Shown here in pieces: positions 32,319 through 45,238 of a stretch of DNA of 64,000 nucleotides. The notes under the pieces were generated by a model. That model ran no database searches. It saw only the letters and a program-made list of their open reading frames with translations, and was not told the origin of the DNA. This DNA is from Vicugna vicugna (Eukaryota): assembly GCA_013265495.1 (NCBI GenBank), contig MU058636.1:3769967-3833966 (forward strand), in the 5' to 3' direction. Position 1 is the first letter of the stretch. Each line of letters opens with the position of its first letter. The translations under genes were made by a program, and so were the position numbers.

Positions 32319-32655
32319 TGTCTTAGCTCAGGTGGCCATGACAAAACGCCATAGATTGGGGGCCTTAAACAACAACATTTATTTCTCACAGTTCTGGGGG
32401 CTGGAAGCCCAGGCACTGGGTGCCCGCATGGTGGGGCTCTTGCAAGGGGCTCTCTTCCTGGCTTATGGACAACCAGCTTCTCTTTGGATCCTTGCATTGT
32501 GGAAAGCGAGATCGCCTTTCTTGTGTCTATTTTTATAAAGGTGGCAATCCCCTTCGTGAAGGCTCTACTCTCATGGCCTTACTACTTCTCCAAATATCAG
32601 CATATTTGGCATTACGGCTTCAACATATGACTCTGGGGGGACAGGACACAAACTA
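32319..32655 (-). mobile_element. MLT1A-type LTR
   Basis: tgtcttagctcagg...ttaaacaacaacatttatttctcacagttctgg...gcttcaacatatga. Confidence 0.8.
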
Positions 32656-33044
32656 TGAATTATGGGATGTTCCTCGTGAGAGAGCCACTGATATTCGCAA
32701 GAACCACGAAAACATTTCATTAAGAATGAGGAGATATTTTTGATGATACCATAACATGACCTGTCCCCACCCCACTGACTAGTCTTGGTCAGATTCAAAG
32801 AGCAGACCGGTAGAGAGCTCTGGGCTACACCCTACACCCACCCCAGAAATCCTCCTTGACTTAAAACTGAGGCTTCTCCCTCAGCTGACACACCTGCTAC
32901 AGCGGGGAGGTGCCTTGGGTGGGGACAGTGCGAGCAGAAGGTCTTAGGTGAGACCAGCACTGGGTGTTCCTAGACAGAAGGAGACCCAGAGCCTAAAGGT
33001 GTGAGCTGGGGTGGGATCCCATCAGGAGAGTCTTTTTGCCCCTA

Positions 33045-33800
33045 ACTTTTTGTGGTGAGAACATTGAAGTTCTACTCTCTTGGCGAATTTCAATTATACA
33101 ATAGAATGTCATCAACCAGAGTCACCAGGCTCTACATTAGATCCTCAGTCCCTGGTCACTTTATAACTGAAAGTTCCTACCATTTGATCAACCTCTTCTT
33201 ATTTCCCCCACCTCCAGCCCCTGGCAACCACTGCTGTGCTCTGTTTCTATGAGTCTGACTTTTGTTTAGATTCCACATGTTAAGTGACACCTGCTGCATT
33301 TGTCTTTCTCTGTCTGGCTTATTTCACTTAGCAAAATGCCCTCCAGTTTCATTATTCATATTGTTGCAAATGACAGAATTTCCTCCTTTTTTAAGGCTGA
33401 ATAATATTCCATTGAAGAAATACGTATCATAAACATGTATTTATATATATATATATATATATCTCACATTTTCTTTATCCATTCATCCATTGACAAACAC
33501 TTAGATTGTTTCCATTCCTGGGATGTGAATGATGCTGCTAATAACAGGGGAACATAGATATCTCTTTGAGACAATGATCTCATTTCCTTTGGATAAATTC
33601 CAGAAGTGGAATGGCTGGATCATTCTATTTTTAATTTCTTGAGGAACCTCCATACTGTTTTGCATAGCATCTGCACTGTACAGATGGTGGGAGTTCATAC
33701 TCCCACCAGCAGTACACAAGCGTCCCCTTTTCTTCACAGCCTAGCCAGCACTTTTCTCTCGTCTTTTCGATATTAGACATCCTAACAGGTATGAGATGAG
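33045..33800 (-). mobile_element. L1MA/L1MB-type 3' fragment
   Basis: tctgtctggcttatttcacttagc, ttgaggaacctccatactgtttt, cattcatccattgacaaacacttag. Confidence 0.85.
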
Positions 33801-34458
33801 AAGAGCTTTAAAGTGCAGCAGAAAAGTCATAAAAAGCACCTGAGAGATCACTGGGTCCTACCACCTCACTTTATAGACACAAAAATTAAAGTCACAGAAG
33901 TTAAACGATTCGTCCAAGGTCAGAAAACCAGAGAGGCAGTTGTGTAGAGACTGTGGGGCAGTGGGGCCCCTGGCTCCAAGCAGAGGGATGGCTTGAGGAA
34001 AGGAGACTTTGTGAGAGGGGAATCTGGGGTCAGGAAGGATCAGGGTTGAGAACAGCAAATGTCAGGGAGGCCCAGAAACCACTCATGTTAGCAGGATAAC
34101 AGGAAGATTGAATGACTTGAAGACTGGGCAGGTAAAGAGGATGGTGGCTTTGGAGTCCGGGGGTATCTGGTAGCCAAGGAGCAATAGCTCAAAAGCTTCG
34201 CTCTGGAGCCTCATCGTTCATGTAACTCGGCTCCCTCCGCTTGTCTGTTTCTGTCTGTCTGGCCACCATTTCCTGAACATTTTCTCATCACTTCCTGAAC
34301 CCTTTTCAAAGGTCCTAACTTAAACACCAGGAGAGAGACTCACACCGGCCCAGCTCATCTTTTCAGTAGTCCTCAGTTCCCCTCGTCTAATCAGCTGTGG
34401 CAAGAGGGTCAAGACTACTTGATCAGCCTTTCGTAGAACAAAAGGAGGCAGGGCTGGC

Positions 34459-34500
<42 letters not shown>
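34459..34500. repeat. (AAT)14 microsatellite
   Basis: Read directly; source of the poly-Leu artefact in ORF 34320..34511. Confidence 0.95.
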
Positions 34501-34501
<1 letters not shown>

Positions 34502-35939
34502 TAGCTAACATGCCTGGAGCACCTACTATGTGCCTTTCACCGCTCTGAATACTTGACAGTCATTATAACACAGACTTCACTTTTTACCCTATGCACCAGA
34601 ATTATGAGCATTTCAGTTGGGGACATTTAATATCATAAGCCATGCACCTGTATCTCCATACTCTCCCACCCCAGATAAAAGGTTGTGTGTCTCCAATGCT
34701 TACACATCCTAACCTCTTCTCTCCCCTTCAGCATCTTCCTCCCGGCCACACACACACCCTGCAGAGGTTCGGTGCTCCCACTGGAGCTTCGTTCTCAAAG
34801 TGCTTCGTTTAAATGCCCATGGTCCGAAACCATCCCTACTCCTCCCCCCAACCCCATCCAAATCCTGCTGCTCTCAGCTCACCTCCGGCTCTCCGCCCCT
34901 CTCTTCACCTCACCCCAGAAAGCCTGATTTGTTGTCCAGGGCCTGCCCGTATTAGAGAGGCCTTTCTCCACAACAGATATTATGTTATTTTGATCACAGT
35001 GAAATAAAATTTCAAGGCACGAAGAGGGAGAGAATTTTCAAAGAGTTTCGCAGGCTCTGTGGACAGTTTCCACACGCAGCATCCAGGAAGCAACACCCAG
35101 GATGCTCTGAATGGGGCCCTCTGATCCCCCAGGAACCCAGACCCCAGGGAGGACCCACAGTCTGCCCCAGAGCCTAAGGACGGGTCTGTGATAAGATAAC
35201 TGTTTTACCTTTTGTCCCTCTTCCTGGAGCCCAAATATGGCCCAATAAGATGAAATGAGATAACAAACTTCTTTTGCCTTATTTGGTGACCCTAGGGATG
35301 GGTTTCTCCCTAACCTCTGTGTTTCAAAAAGATCCGGCAAGCAAGATTTTTCAGTCAAGGTAGTTTAAGCAAGGGTCTAGCGAGTGCTACTCTCTCTGAG
35401 CACATATGCAAAAGGGCATAGTTTCCAAGAAAGAAGTCTCAAATCTGTTACAGCCTTTGTTCTTAATGGTGGAAACACTTCCATGGAAAAACCAGCAATC
35501 TCAGTCACCTTTGGGGACTTTCCTGAGCATCCCCCATAACAGTGTTGTTATGTGTTGTCAAATTAATAGTAATTAGGATTATTGCTCCAGCAACTTATTT
35601 ATGTCTCATTGCCACGCGCTACAATAAAAATGATCGTGACAGATTTGCTCTGTTGTAAGCCTTATTTAATTACAATCCTTCACTTCCACGGATTTTGTCT
35701 TACTAGTGTACTGCTTACTTGTTATGTCGTCTGCTCAGAACCGAAAACACGTACGAAGCTAGTCGTCCTGGGGCTGTGTCCGGGTCTCTTCTTCTTACAG
35801 CCGAGTGGGAAGGACTCGGCTTGACGTCTTGCGTCTTGACCATGGAAGGTAGAGATCCTGCCTCCACACCCCCAGAGCCCTTTCCCGCTTTGGCGCCACC
35901 TCTGAGAAGCTGGCTTCTCAAAAGGGACTGGCATGTGGG

Positions 35940-36510
35940 GCCGTGGGCAGTGGGGGTGAAGGGGGACCCAGGCTCCTCACCGAGACCCCTGACCGGGCTG
36001 TCTCCGCGCGGGGTCCGGGCGGCATCCTGAGCGCAGCGGCGATCCTGGCGGAGCCGGCGATGCTTCGAGCTCAGACTGCCCCTGCGGACCCCGGCCTTCG
36101 GGGGAGCGGGCGCTGCGGAGAGCCGACGGCCCGGCCTGGCCGCTGCGGGCCTGCCTCAGCGGGCGGAGGACGCGCGGCGCCCCCGTCGGAGCCGAGGACC
36201 CGGCCCCGGGCAGGATGCCGCCCCACGGCGCGGACCCGGCGCGGAGCCCGAGGGCGGGAAAGGCAAGGTGCGGCGCGGGGACGAGCAGGCCACCTTCCTG
36301 AGCCACGCATGTTCTCAGACAGGGCCTGGAACGGGGCTGGAATCCCCGAGGGTCCCTGGCGCAATGATCGTGTTTAAAGCCAGGGTCCCTATCAGGTGCG
36401 CTGCGGCCCCCGCCCCCTCCCACGGAAGACCCCTCGGCTGTTTGCTGCCTCTCAACCGGCCCTCGCCGCGCGCACACACCTGGCGGAGCGTCCCTGTGAC
36501 CCACCGTGGC
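35940..36510. promoter_or_regulatory. CpG island, likely promoter of the WDR95-like gene
   Basis: About 570 bp of very high GC with abundant CpG, upstream of the exon chain. Confidence 0.85.
36364..36395 (+). other. Candidate first coding exon portion of WDR95-like gene (MIVFKARVPIR)
   Basis: ATG with G at -3 at the 3' side of the CpG island; donor CAG|GTGCGC; 32 nt, phase 2. No homology support. Confidence 0.4.
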
Positions 36511-39043
36511 CAGTGTCTCCACGTGTCCTTCCCCCCTCTCCTTTCCATGTCTACCAACATTTTCCTTTTTCGGGTCCAGCTCCTTTCCAGTCTCATTCTT
36601 TGCTTTCCAAGGTCACGATTGCCTCTCCAGATAAATTGGATTCATGCTAATATGTTAAGGGTATGAATGAATTCCAATTAATCCGTTTTGTTTGATTTTA
36701 ATTCAGCAAACTTTTTATAGAGCAGTATCATACACCGAGCCCCAGAGAAAACTCAAATTTAAACAAAACATAGCCCCTCAAGATTTTACACAACCAATAC
36801 AGTTTTTCCTTAAAGGAAATGGTTTAGAGAGTACCAAAGTGAGATCTTTAAATTTTTAATAGGAGTATATTTATGCTAATGTTCACTGGAAGTCTAACAA
36901 GCACATCAAACCCATGGTTTCATGATGATTATTGTTTAGAATGAGGCTAAAGAAGGTAACATATACAATAAGCAATCTATTTGAAGAAAAATATTAAGTA
37001 AATAACGCTGAAATGACAAAAATCAGTGCAGGCGATGGACTTATGACTAATTTTCAGGAAGCAGGAGCTCCGTAAGAGAGAAAGATGTGTATCCAAAAGA
37101 CAGGCGCTCCTGACGGGGAGACAGGCTGCGGGGGAGAGTACTGCTGGCTTGGGAGACAAGGAGGGCTTCCGGGAGGAAGTGGCATGTGAGCTGGGCCTTC
37201 AAGGATGGCTAAGAGTTTTTCCAAGGTTATACAAAGTGGAGCCACCCCCATGGAAGAAACAGCACATAAGACGTACAAGCGATTGAAGTACGCTGGCCAA
37301 GGAGCAGAAATGGGATGAATGCCGGACAGTAAGGTTGGAAATGGATGATGCGGAGTTAAGACTTGGGCTTGTTCTTTTTGCCATTGTGACCCATGCACAT
37401 AATACAACAAAAGGGATCTTCATAGTGCTTTGAGGATGAGATCAGTTAATGGGGCAGGAGACTGACTCGCTGGAATATGATTGGCATCTAAAACTGAGAC
37501 AGACAATAGTTAATATCAGAGGGCGTCTTCCAGAAGCAGCATGAGCAGTGCATTGGGAAACTTTAGCTTCCTAAGTGTGCACCAAGTCCTGACGTCAAAT
37601 GGGTCAGAAAAGTCTGGAACGAGCTGCCCCCGTGTGATGAGACTTTCGGCCACTGCGGACCTTCACGAACAATCTATTTCTGGGCCCCCCCCCAAGTCAG
37701 TGCATAGAGAGTTCAACCCGGGAGGTTCTACTCTGACCTCTGCTTTGCCTATCAAACCCCTTTTCAGTCCGCCAGGATTCCGCCAGAAAGTTTCAGTCAC
37801 CGTCAGAGGATGTGGGGTGTTTCATGGTTGAGGGTGACTTTTTCACTGACTGCAACCAGCCTGGATTTTAGTTCTTTGCTGATTGGCTTACCCAGTTTGG
37901 AAACTGCAGTGACCCAGGACACAGTGCTTGTGCCGGGCTGTGTTTGGCGGGGGACCTCTGAGGCCTGAGGCTGTTCGTCGCCAACTTGGAGTAGTGATGG
38001 ATCTGAAGCTCCTGGCGCAGAGTGTGTGTGGGCAGGTGCAGAATCAAGGCTGTGCAGGAGGGTGTGGGATGATGCCACTTCAAAGTAAAAGGCATGGCTT
38101 CCATGACATATATTTAAATGAATATATGTGGGAAAACAGGCACACAGTAGCTATTTTTAACGTGCATTAAAACTATAACAGCCAGAGTTGCTCATAGAGT
38201 CCTGGCTTTGGATATAGGAGATGAAGACCTTTTTGGTTCTACCACTGACTTCCCTGGTGACAGCAAGGAAGGTGGGCAAGAGCCCAGGGAAGCAGTGGGT
38301 GGCAGGACCAGCCCATTGTTCATAGTTCAAGTTTATCATCACTTTGTCTCCAGACTGTTGCCTCTTTGAAAGTTTCATCTCTGAGGATGCCAACTTAGTT
38401 TCCGCACCACCCTAGGTCAGCTCCTTCATATAATGCTTGTTCTTCCCTCAAGACCTGCCCTTAGGAAAAGATCTAGAAGGTTCTTAGTAGACTGATAATA
38501 GCTTAAATTGACCTTTGCAGAAGTTTTGTGCTTTAGCAAGTCTGAGGACCTCCATGCAGGGAGGAGGCTTGAGCTGGACTCTGGCATTAGTCAGTGAGTG
38601 GAGCATCTGCCAGGGCAGATAAACACACGGTTAAAGCACAGCGTGTAGGTGCCATTCCGCCAAAGCACACACTCAGATTCACTCAGTGCCACTTAGAATC
38701 AGGTTTTTAAAGCTGGAAAGAACCTGGTTAAGATTTCTTCCCTTAGAGATAAAGAAACTGAGACCCAGAGGGATAAAGGCAATTAAGTGCAACTGAACAC
38801 CTACTTTTTGAGCATCTACTGTGTGCCGGACACATGCTCCGCACAAGGGAAACAATGAGTGTGACTTGGTCGGGACCTGCCCTTCATCTTCCCAAGGTCA
38901 CATGGTCCATCTGTACAGCCCTCGATTCTGTAGGCTGCTCTGTCACTGAGAGTGGGCAGCCAGGGCACCAGCATGAAAAGATTCTCTAATTTGGTAGAAC
39001 TGCGAATAGTGACTTGTAAAAGGTTTCTATGTATCTTCTATCA

Positions 39044-39220
39044 CAATCCTCAGTGAGAACCTGTTAAGCATATATGTACACACATGCTATAAATTGTATA
39101 TATATACACACACACACACTCACACATAACATTTTGTGAAATATATATATTATATATAATATATATGTAATTTATAGCATGCATGTGTATATATGTTTAA
39201 CAGATTCTCACTGAGGATTG
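39044..39220. repeat. Inverted repeat with 52-bp arms and a TA/CA-rich spacer
   Basis: Left arm caatcctcagtgagaacctgttaag...catgctataaatt; right arm aatttatagcatg...ttaacagattctcactgaggattg; 46/52 complementary. Confidence 0.92.
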
Positions 39221-39314
39221 CAATATAAAAGAAAGTCATGATTTACAGTACATAACATTGGAAGGGGTGATATTTCAGGCATACATGCCAACCAATACAT
39301 AAGTGAACAGACAG

Positions 39315-39734
39315 TATATTAGTTATCTATTGCCACGGTGATGATGCTGCTTAACAAAAAACCACAAAACCTCAGTGGCATCCAGCACTAACCGCTGGTT
39401 CCTCACATGCTTGCAGAGTCAGCTAGACAGCCCTGTCCCCACAGCTGGCTGGCTCACACGTCTGGAAACCCGGAGGCTGTCAGCTGATCTAAGGTCTAAG
39501 TGGCTGGGCAATGTGTCTTCTAGCAGACTAGCTGAGGCACAGTCTCGTGTTGATGGCATGAGCGAGAGGACATGCTCAATCATGTAAACATGTTTTTAAG
39601 CCTCTGTTTGCTCACATTTTCTAATTTTTCATTGACCAAAGCAAGTCACCCAGCTAAGCCCATAGACAAGGTAGGAAGACATTGTGAGTTACCTGGCAAA
39701 GCATGCAGGGCATTTTTTTTTACAATTTATCACA
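39315..39734 (-). mobile_element. Old MLT1 LTR
   Basis: tatattagttatctattgc...aaccacaaaacctcagtggc...cattgaccaaagcaagtcac. Confidence 0.7.
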
Positions 39735-39877
39735 ACAATGAGCAATAAAGTTGGATTTGCTTTGTCGATCCTGTTCCCAGAATATTGGCCTTCCCCTCTC
39801 TGATCTTGGTTTTCAACATCTGGTGCCTAGAACTCCAGAGGATATTGTGAGAGCCTTCTTTTTTCTTTCCTTTGCAG

Positions 39878-39885
39878 GCTAACAG
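39878..39885 (+). other. Candidate 8-nt microexon (GCTAACAG) of WDR95-like gene
   Basis: Strong pyrimidine tract ccttcttttttctttcctttgcag; donor CAG|GTAGAA; converts phase 2 to phase 1 as the flanking candidate exons require. Confidence 0.35.
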
Positions 39886-41079
39886 GTAGAAAAGATACAG
39901 GTGTTTAACAAAGATGTGCCCTTAGGAGACAGACTAGAAAGGGGACACTGGACAGGAAACAAGGACCTGGCATCTCCCAGCAAGGCAGAGCTGGGGTGGA
40001 AGGCAGTTAGGAGAGAGGGTATGAGGGGAGTTACAGGGGGGCCCTGATGGCAGCTGGGAACATCCCCGTCCTCCCAACTGTGAACTTGGTTCAAGGGGAA
40101 AGTTTCAAACAACTTGTTCCAGGAATGGGAAGACTTAGTCCCAATTCTAATGCAGAAAGAATCTAGGTTTCCACTCTCGACACTAATCAGTAAGCTGACC
40201 TCAGGCAATTTACTTACTTCTCCGGTTCTCAGCTTTCTGGCTGCAAGGAAGAGGGGTGACTGTGAGGGGCCTAAGCTCAGTCCTGCTCCCAGCTCAGTCC
40301 TGCTCTGTCTCTTTCTCCATTGCCTTGTTCTTGGTAGAGACACATTGTGTTCTCACTTCTCCCTATAGTGCTCGTGGCAAACAGAGCGGCTCCACCCTGG
40401 CTTTTCCCTGCCAAAAGCCTCAGAATCCTGCTCAACCTGGTACTCGAGCACTCCAGCTGATGAGCATGCGCCTGCCAGGGCAGCTCTGCTGCGTTTCTTT
40501 GCTGAGGCTGGAAGAAGCACTTCCCTTCTCTGTTCTTTTTTTTAACCATGAGGAGGCCATGGAATCTACCCAAGCAGCTGGGAAAGCAGCAAAATACTCA
40601 TTTTAGATTAATTTAGGGAAGCAAGCTGGGAAATGCTCGGGCTGCTCTTTGCAACAAATTTGGATCCTTTCAAAAGCTTCAATAAGCTGTGGAATATCCC
40701 CACAGCGGGAAGGCTTTAGTACTCACTGAAAGAAGGGAGAAGATGTGACTCTTCAAATGTCACCACACTTTTAACCAAATAACATACAACCATGTAACCA
40801 TGACCAAAATAACAAAGCAAAAACACCTCCAAGTAAAGGGGCCTTTGAGGTTCACTTTTAGGGGACCGGCCACTTGGGTTGAAACAATCCACTGATTTTT
40901 AGATTCTCTGGAGAGGAGACATGAGTGACAGTGGACATTAGCGGTCTGGAAGTCCACACCCCTCCACCCCACCCATCCGCCTGTGTTCACTTGGGAGCTG
41001 GCCCCAGAGCTGGCTGGGGACCTGGGGCAGAGGCAGGGCAGCAGAGGAGAGCTGGCGAGCAGCACAGATCACCTGTGCT

Positions 41080-41270
41080 GGGATCCTGGTTCCAGCACCC
41101 ACTAGATGTGGGAAGCCGGGCAAGTTAATTGGCCTCTCTGTGCCTCAGTTTCCTGATCTGTAAAATATGGACCCTGATAGTATCTCCCTCAGAGCTGTTA
41201 CGAAAATTAAGGGAAATGTGCACATGAAGCACCCAGCAGCTGGCTCATAATGAATTCCAGTAAAGGTTAG
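41080..41270 (+). mobile_element. MIR SINE
   Basis: ggcaagttaattggcctctctgtgcctcagtttcctgatctgtaaaat core. Confidence 0.8.
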
Positions 41271-42596
41271 ATGTTAGTGGCATCCTGCCTAAGGTTGCCT
41301 TAACTTTCTTAAAATTGAAGCAACTTTCTGATCTTCCTGTTCCTAAGATGGCTAAAAAGACAATCTTTTCTTAAGCCTCAGTTGATTGTGCATTTGAGAG
41401 TTCCTAGCAGAATCACCCAGGCCTTTTTTTCTTCCCCCTCTTCTTCCAGTGGTTATGTGATTATCTTGTTTCCCACGAGAAAAAGATTGCTTTCACAACC
41501 TGGGTTCCTGTAACTGCCCCTTTTCCTCTTCATCAGGACCATCCGCCATGGGAGCCTCTAGCTGTCAACCTGGAGAACTCCTCACACCTTCTGAAATTAC
41601 TATCCTTTTTAGACTCTTAAGGCCACAGGATCATAGCTCTCTACTTTCTGAAGCTATAGAGACAGCCACACAAGGAACAGATTTTCAAAAGGACACTTTA
41701 TCCGATTAATTAGTCAATTCCCTTGTCGTAGATGTGAAATTACCCCTAAACCATCCTGACTGAGGAGACTCAACAGTGAGCAGCGAAGAGCTGCTGGGAT
41801 GTAACAATAGGAGAGCTCATTTGCAATGCAAATGAGCAACCAGCAGGCAAACGAACCCCTATGGGAAAACCACTCTAATCATAAAACACACCCCCCCTGC
41901 TTTGGGGAGGCTGCAGTGTCAGGACAAACAGAATCATAGCCCTGTGAATCCTCGCCAGTATAGGATATTAGCCAGTTATCCAGGTAGTTTTTTACAGGAT
42001 TGCATTTGAATACAGCAAAATGCATTACTGGGCAATCGATAATATCTTTAAAACTTGACTCCACAATTGTGGACTGAATTATTTATGGTTGTCCCTATAG
42101 CGATGATAGTTTGGAAATAAAATAGTCAGGCTTTTCTCTGTGTCTTTATTTGTAGGAAAACAAGTCATTCAAGCTTTTTACGGATACAATGTGACTAGCT
42201 GTCGATGGCAGTTACAAATTTTCAAGCCCTGCCAAGCACAGGAGTACCCAGAAGGGACATATGTTTTCTCTGCTTTGTGTTCCAAATTTGCCTTAAAAAC
42301 ATGCAATTATGTGAAGGCCTGATTTATAATTTCAAGGAAAAGCACAATAATGGCTCTATCTCGTAGCTGCGTTTCTCCAAATCGTATTTATATTGCTGCC
42401 TTTTCAAAAGAAGTTGGCCAATGATCACTGGATTTTTCGCTTTCCATCATGACATGAAAATTTGATGAGGTCTGTGAGATTTAAGAACTGATTTCTTAGG
42501 TGCAAAGGAAATTTAGTTAACATTGTTTGGTACTGCAGCCCTGAAAAATCTTTTGTGGTTATCTTTCATCCACTTCCTTATTTTTGTGTTCAATAG

Positions 42597-42685
42597 GAGA
42601 AGGGGATGTGTATCTACAGCCAGGAGGCAAAGATGGAATAGAACGACCAGGAAGACAAAGAGGAAACCTGAAGGCGCGGGAGGCT
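42597..42685 (+). other. Candidate WDR95-like exon (GEGDVYLQPGGKDGIERPGRQRGNLKAREA)
   Basis: Acceptor ttatttttgtgttcaatag; purine-rich body; donor GCT|GTAGGT; 89 nt, ends in phase 0 matching exon 44782. Confidence 0.5.
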
Positions 42686-44781
42686 GTAGGTGTCTTACAA
42701 GTGCAGGGAGGAGGCAGGGTGTTTAGGATGCTTGTTGGATGGCTCTGGGGAGAAGTTGTGAAGGGAGACAGTGAGGCTTTTTGGTCACATTTTATGCTTA
42801 ACTGAAAATTGCTGTAAAGCCCTCTATAAATTATATAATCACTGGCTTTGATTCCATGCCCTTTGTTACTATTTTTAATAATGGCTTTCACTTCACTCTC
42901 TCCGAAGCATTTCTAGTACATTTATAGAATGAAGAGGAATTAGTCTCTTTCTGGATTGGGGAGCCCCCTCCTGGGAGGTAGGCAGTTTTGGGTTTGTTTG
43001 TTATTTGTTTTTTATGAGTAAAGGAGGTGGAGGAAGGTGAAAGGCCAATTTCACTTAAGAAGGTTCTTAGTTGACAAATAATAATCATTGTATAGAGTTT
43101 CAGGAAATTTTGAAGCTAAGAGAAAAAGATATTTGGGGACAGTGGAAAGATAGAAGTTTGTGGCAAGGATAACATTATAGGCAATATGTTTTGATTGCTT
43201 TGTACAAATCTAGAGTCACCACTTTGTTAGTTTAGGAATATAAAAGTCTTATGTAACTTTCAGACTCACAGAGTATTTATATTGTATATTTAGAATTGTA
43301 AAGGCTCAGAAAAATACAGTAGGAAAAGTTGAAATAATACCATGTCTTTCTCATAAAATTCCAGTCTTAAAGGGAATAATTTTCAAATTCTTAACAAATT
43401 GTTTCACCCTCTGGGAGCCACATCTAGGATGGAGGATAAGTCACATGCCCTTAGCGGCCCCATCATCTCGTCAGGCCTCCGATTTGAGTCCACTTTTCTC
43501 ACACGTGTCATGTGTGCGCCTGGTGTACTCTCGTCTGCTTGTTTGGATGCTGGAGAAGGCTTAGTCTAAGAAAATGTTGAATTCATTCGGCAGAAATATC
43601 TATTATCGAGGAGGAAAAATGGCTTTTCCATTTGCTGGAATCACCTGTCAGACACACATGAATACTGTTGGGGTCTTTTTCCCAATCAGCTCTCTGCACA
43701 TTACCTCCTGGGTTCAGGTCTTGCCAGAGGAGCCCTACGGGAAAAGTTTAAGCGGAAACTTCAGCTGGAGTGCTTTCCCATTCTAGAGCCAGGTTTCTAA
43801 TTTTCTCCCTCAGTGAAAGCAAGTTAAAAAAGAATCATTCAGTCACTTCAGACAATTTGAAATGTGCATCAACTTTTACAAAATGGTGGATCTCCCAAGA
43901 GCTTTGGTATCAGTTTGAGTTTTATGGTAAAAGCCACTACCTTGGAAGCTTAGCGGTGGTCACAGAAATTTCAGAAGATGAGCCCGTTGGGGAAATAGCC
44001 AGTTTCCTCCTTTGCTGTCTTCCTTAGGCCTCACGAGACGGTGGAGCACTTAACTTGACTCTACCTACTGGTGACAGTTTATTCATTCATTCAAGCTGGA
44101 AGTTTAAGGATTTTCATTTATAAAAGCCGAATTGTTGAGATAGAAGCTAAGAGACTGGAGGTGAGCACGAGGCGTCCCCTGGTGATCTGTTTATTGAGTG
44201 AAGGACAGGTGACTATAAGGTAACCAGTTTCCCTAACACCAAGAGTAGCAAGAACTTCTAGTCATGGCTTCAGAAAACTACCCCAGAAAAAAGGGCTGCG
44301 GATCAGTCCTGCCAAGACCTCCTCCTGGTTCAGCCTGGGGTGAGAAGGATTGGAGAGCAGAGGGTGTGGCCAAAGGCAATTCTCATGCACTGGCCTCCCG
44401 GCAGAGAGAGCATCTTTGGAATCTGATCTGGCAAAGTATTTTCAGTCTCCCTTCTCTCCTATCCGTCCAGACCCTGATCTTTTCTCTCCTGAATCTGTCG
44501 TCTCCCCTCCTCCCACTACCTTGCCACCTCTTCCTTCCTTTCAGCCCAGTTGAGCCCAGCCTACCCCAGAATTTGGGGCTGAGGAATCAGATGAATTGGA
44601 GGAGAGATTAAGAAAACGAGAGACCAAGAAAATGAGGGTTGGCATATTCTAAGCGTTACTTCGAGTCTCAGCTATCCCAATCTCATAAAGAGAGGAATTA
44701 TGGGTTTCCAGAAATTGCATTTTATGGGCATTACTGTTAGCATTGTATGTTTTTAATTTATTTTCTTTTTGCTTTGGTAAG

Positions 44782-44835
44782 ATCGAACATCAAGTGACCC
44801 TTGAAGAGCTACAATGCTTAAATGCGCTCTTTCAG
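44782..44835 (+). pseudogene. WDR95: WDR95-like exon (IEHQVTLEELQCLNALFQ)
   Basis: T-rich tract with AAG acceptor; donor CAG|GTAGGA; 54 nt, phase 0-0; amphipathic helix typical of an EF-hand entry. Confidence 0.75.
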
Positions 44836-45154
44836 GTAGGAATCGAGCAGGTGAGCTTTCTAATTAATCATCTGGGTAATTTGATTCTCTTTTTGATGGC
44901 TGATTTTTCAGTGAAAGTACAATCCTTTAACTCCTATAAAATAGCAATGAAGAGTAAATTCTCTGTAATTGTCACTTCTTAATGGATTTGGAAACAAATT
45001 GTGAAAGCATCAGAGAAACGAACAAAGGGGTAACGTGTTAGAAGTTGACAGAGTTCAGGTAAGTCCAATTAGACATTCAGTTCTTGAGATTCTTGCTCCC
45101 AGACTAAACAGAATGCAACTGTGTTCATAGCTAATGATTCTTTTTCCCTCCTAG

Positions 45155-45238
45155 GAGTATGAGAAGAGAGGAAGACAGCTGCTGGATATGGAAACTTTCA
45201 AATGCATAATGAAGCAGAGCATGAGGTCACAGAAGAGA
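45155..45238 (+). pseudogene. WDR95: WDR95-like exon (EYEKRGRQLLDMETFKCIMKQSMRSQKR)
   Basis: ctaat branch point, pyrimidine tract, ctag acceptor; donor AGA|GTAAGT; 84 nt. Confidence 0.85.

Noticed and set aside
34320..34511. Signal-peptide-like poly-Leu ORF
   Set aside because: Artefact of the (AAT)14 microsatellite read on the minus strand.
35891..35908. Possible CTCF site (AGGTGGCGC on the minus strand; similar near 28180)
   Set aside because: Only the 3' part of the consensus matches; not supportable from sequence alone.
35943..36666. Overlapping long ORFs on both strands (132-181 aa)
   Set aside because: Arg/Pro/Gly/Ala-rich products expected from stop-poor CpG-island sequence; no domain resemblance.
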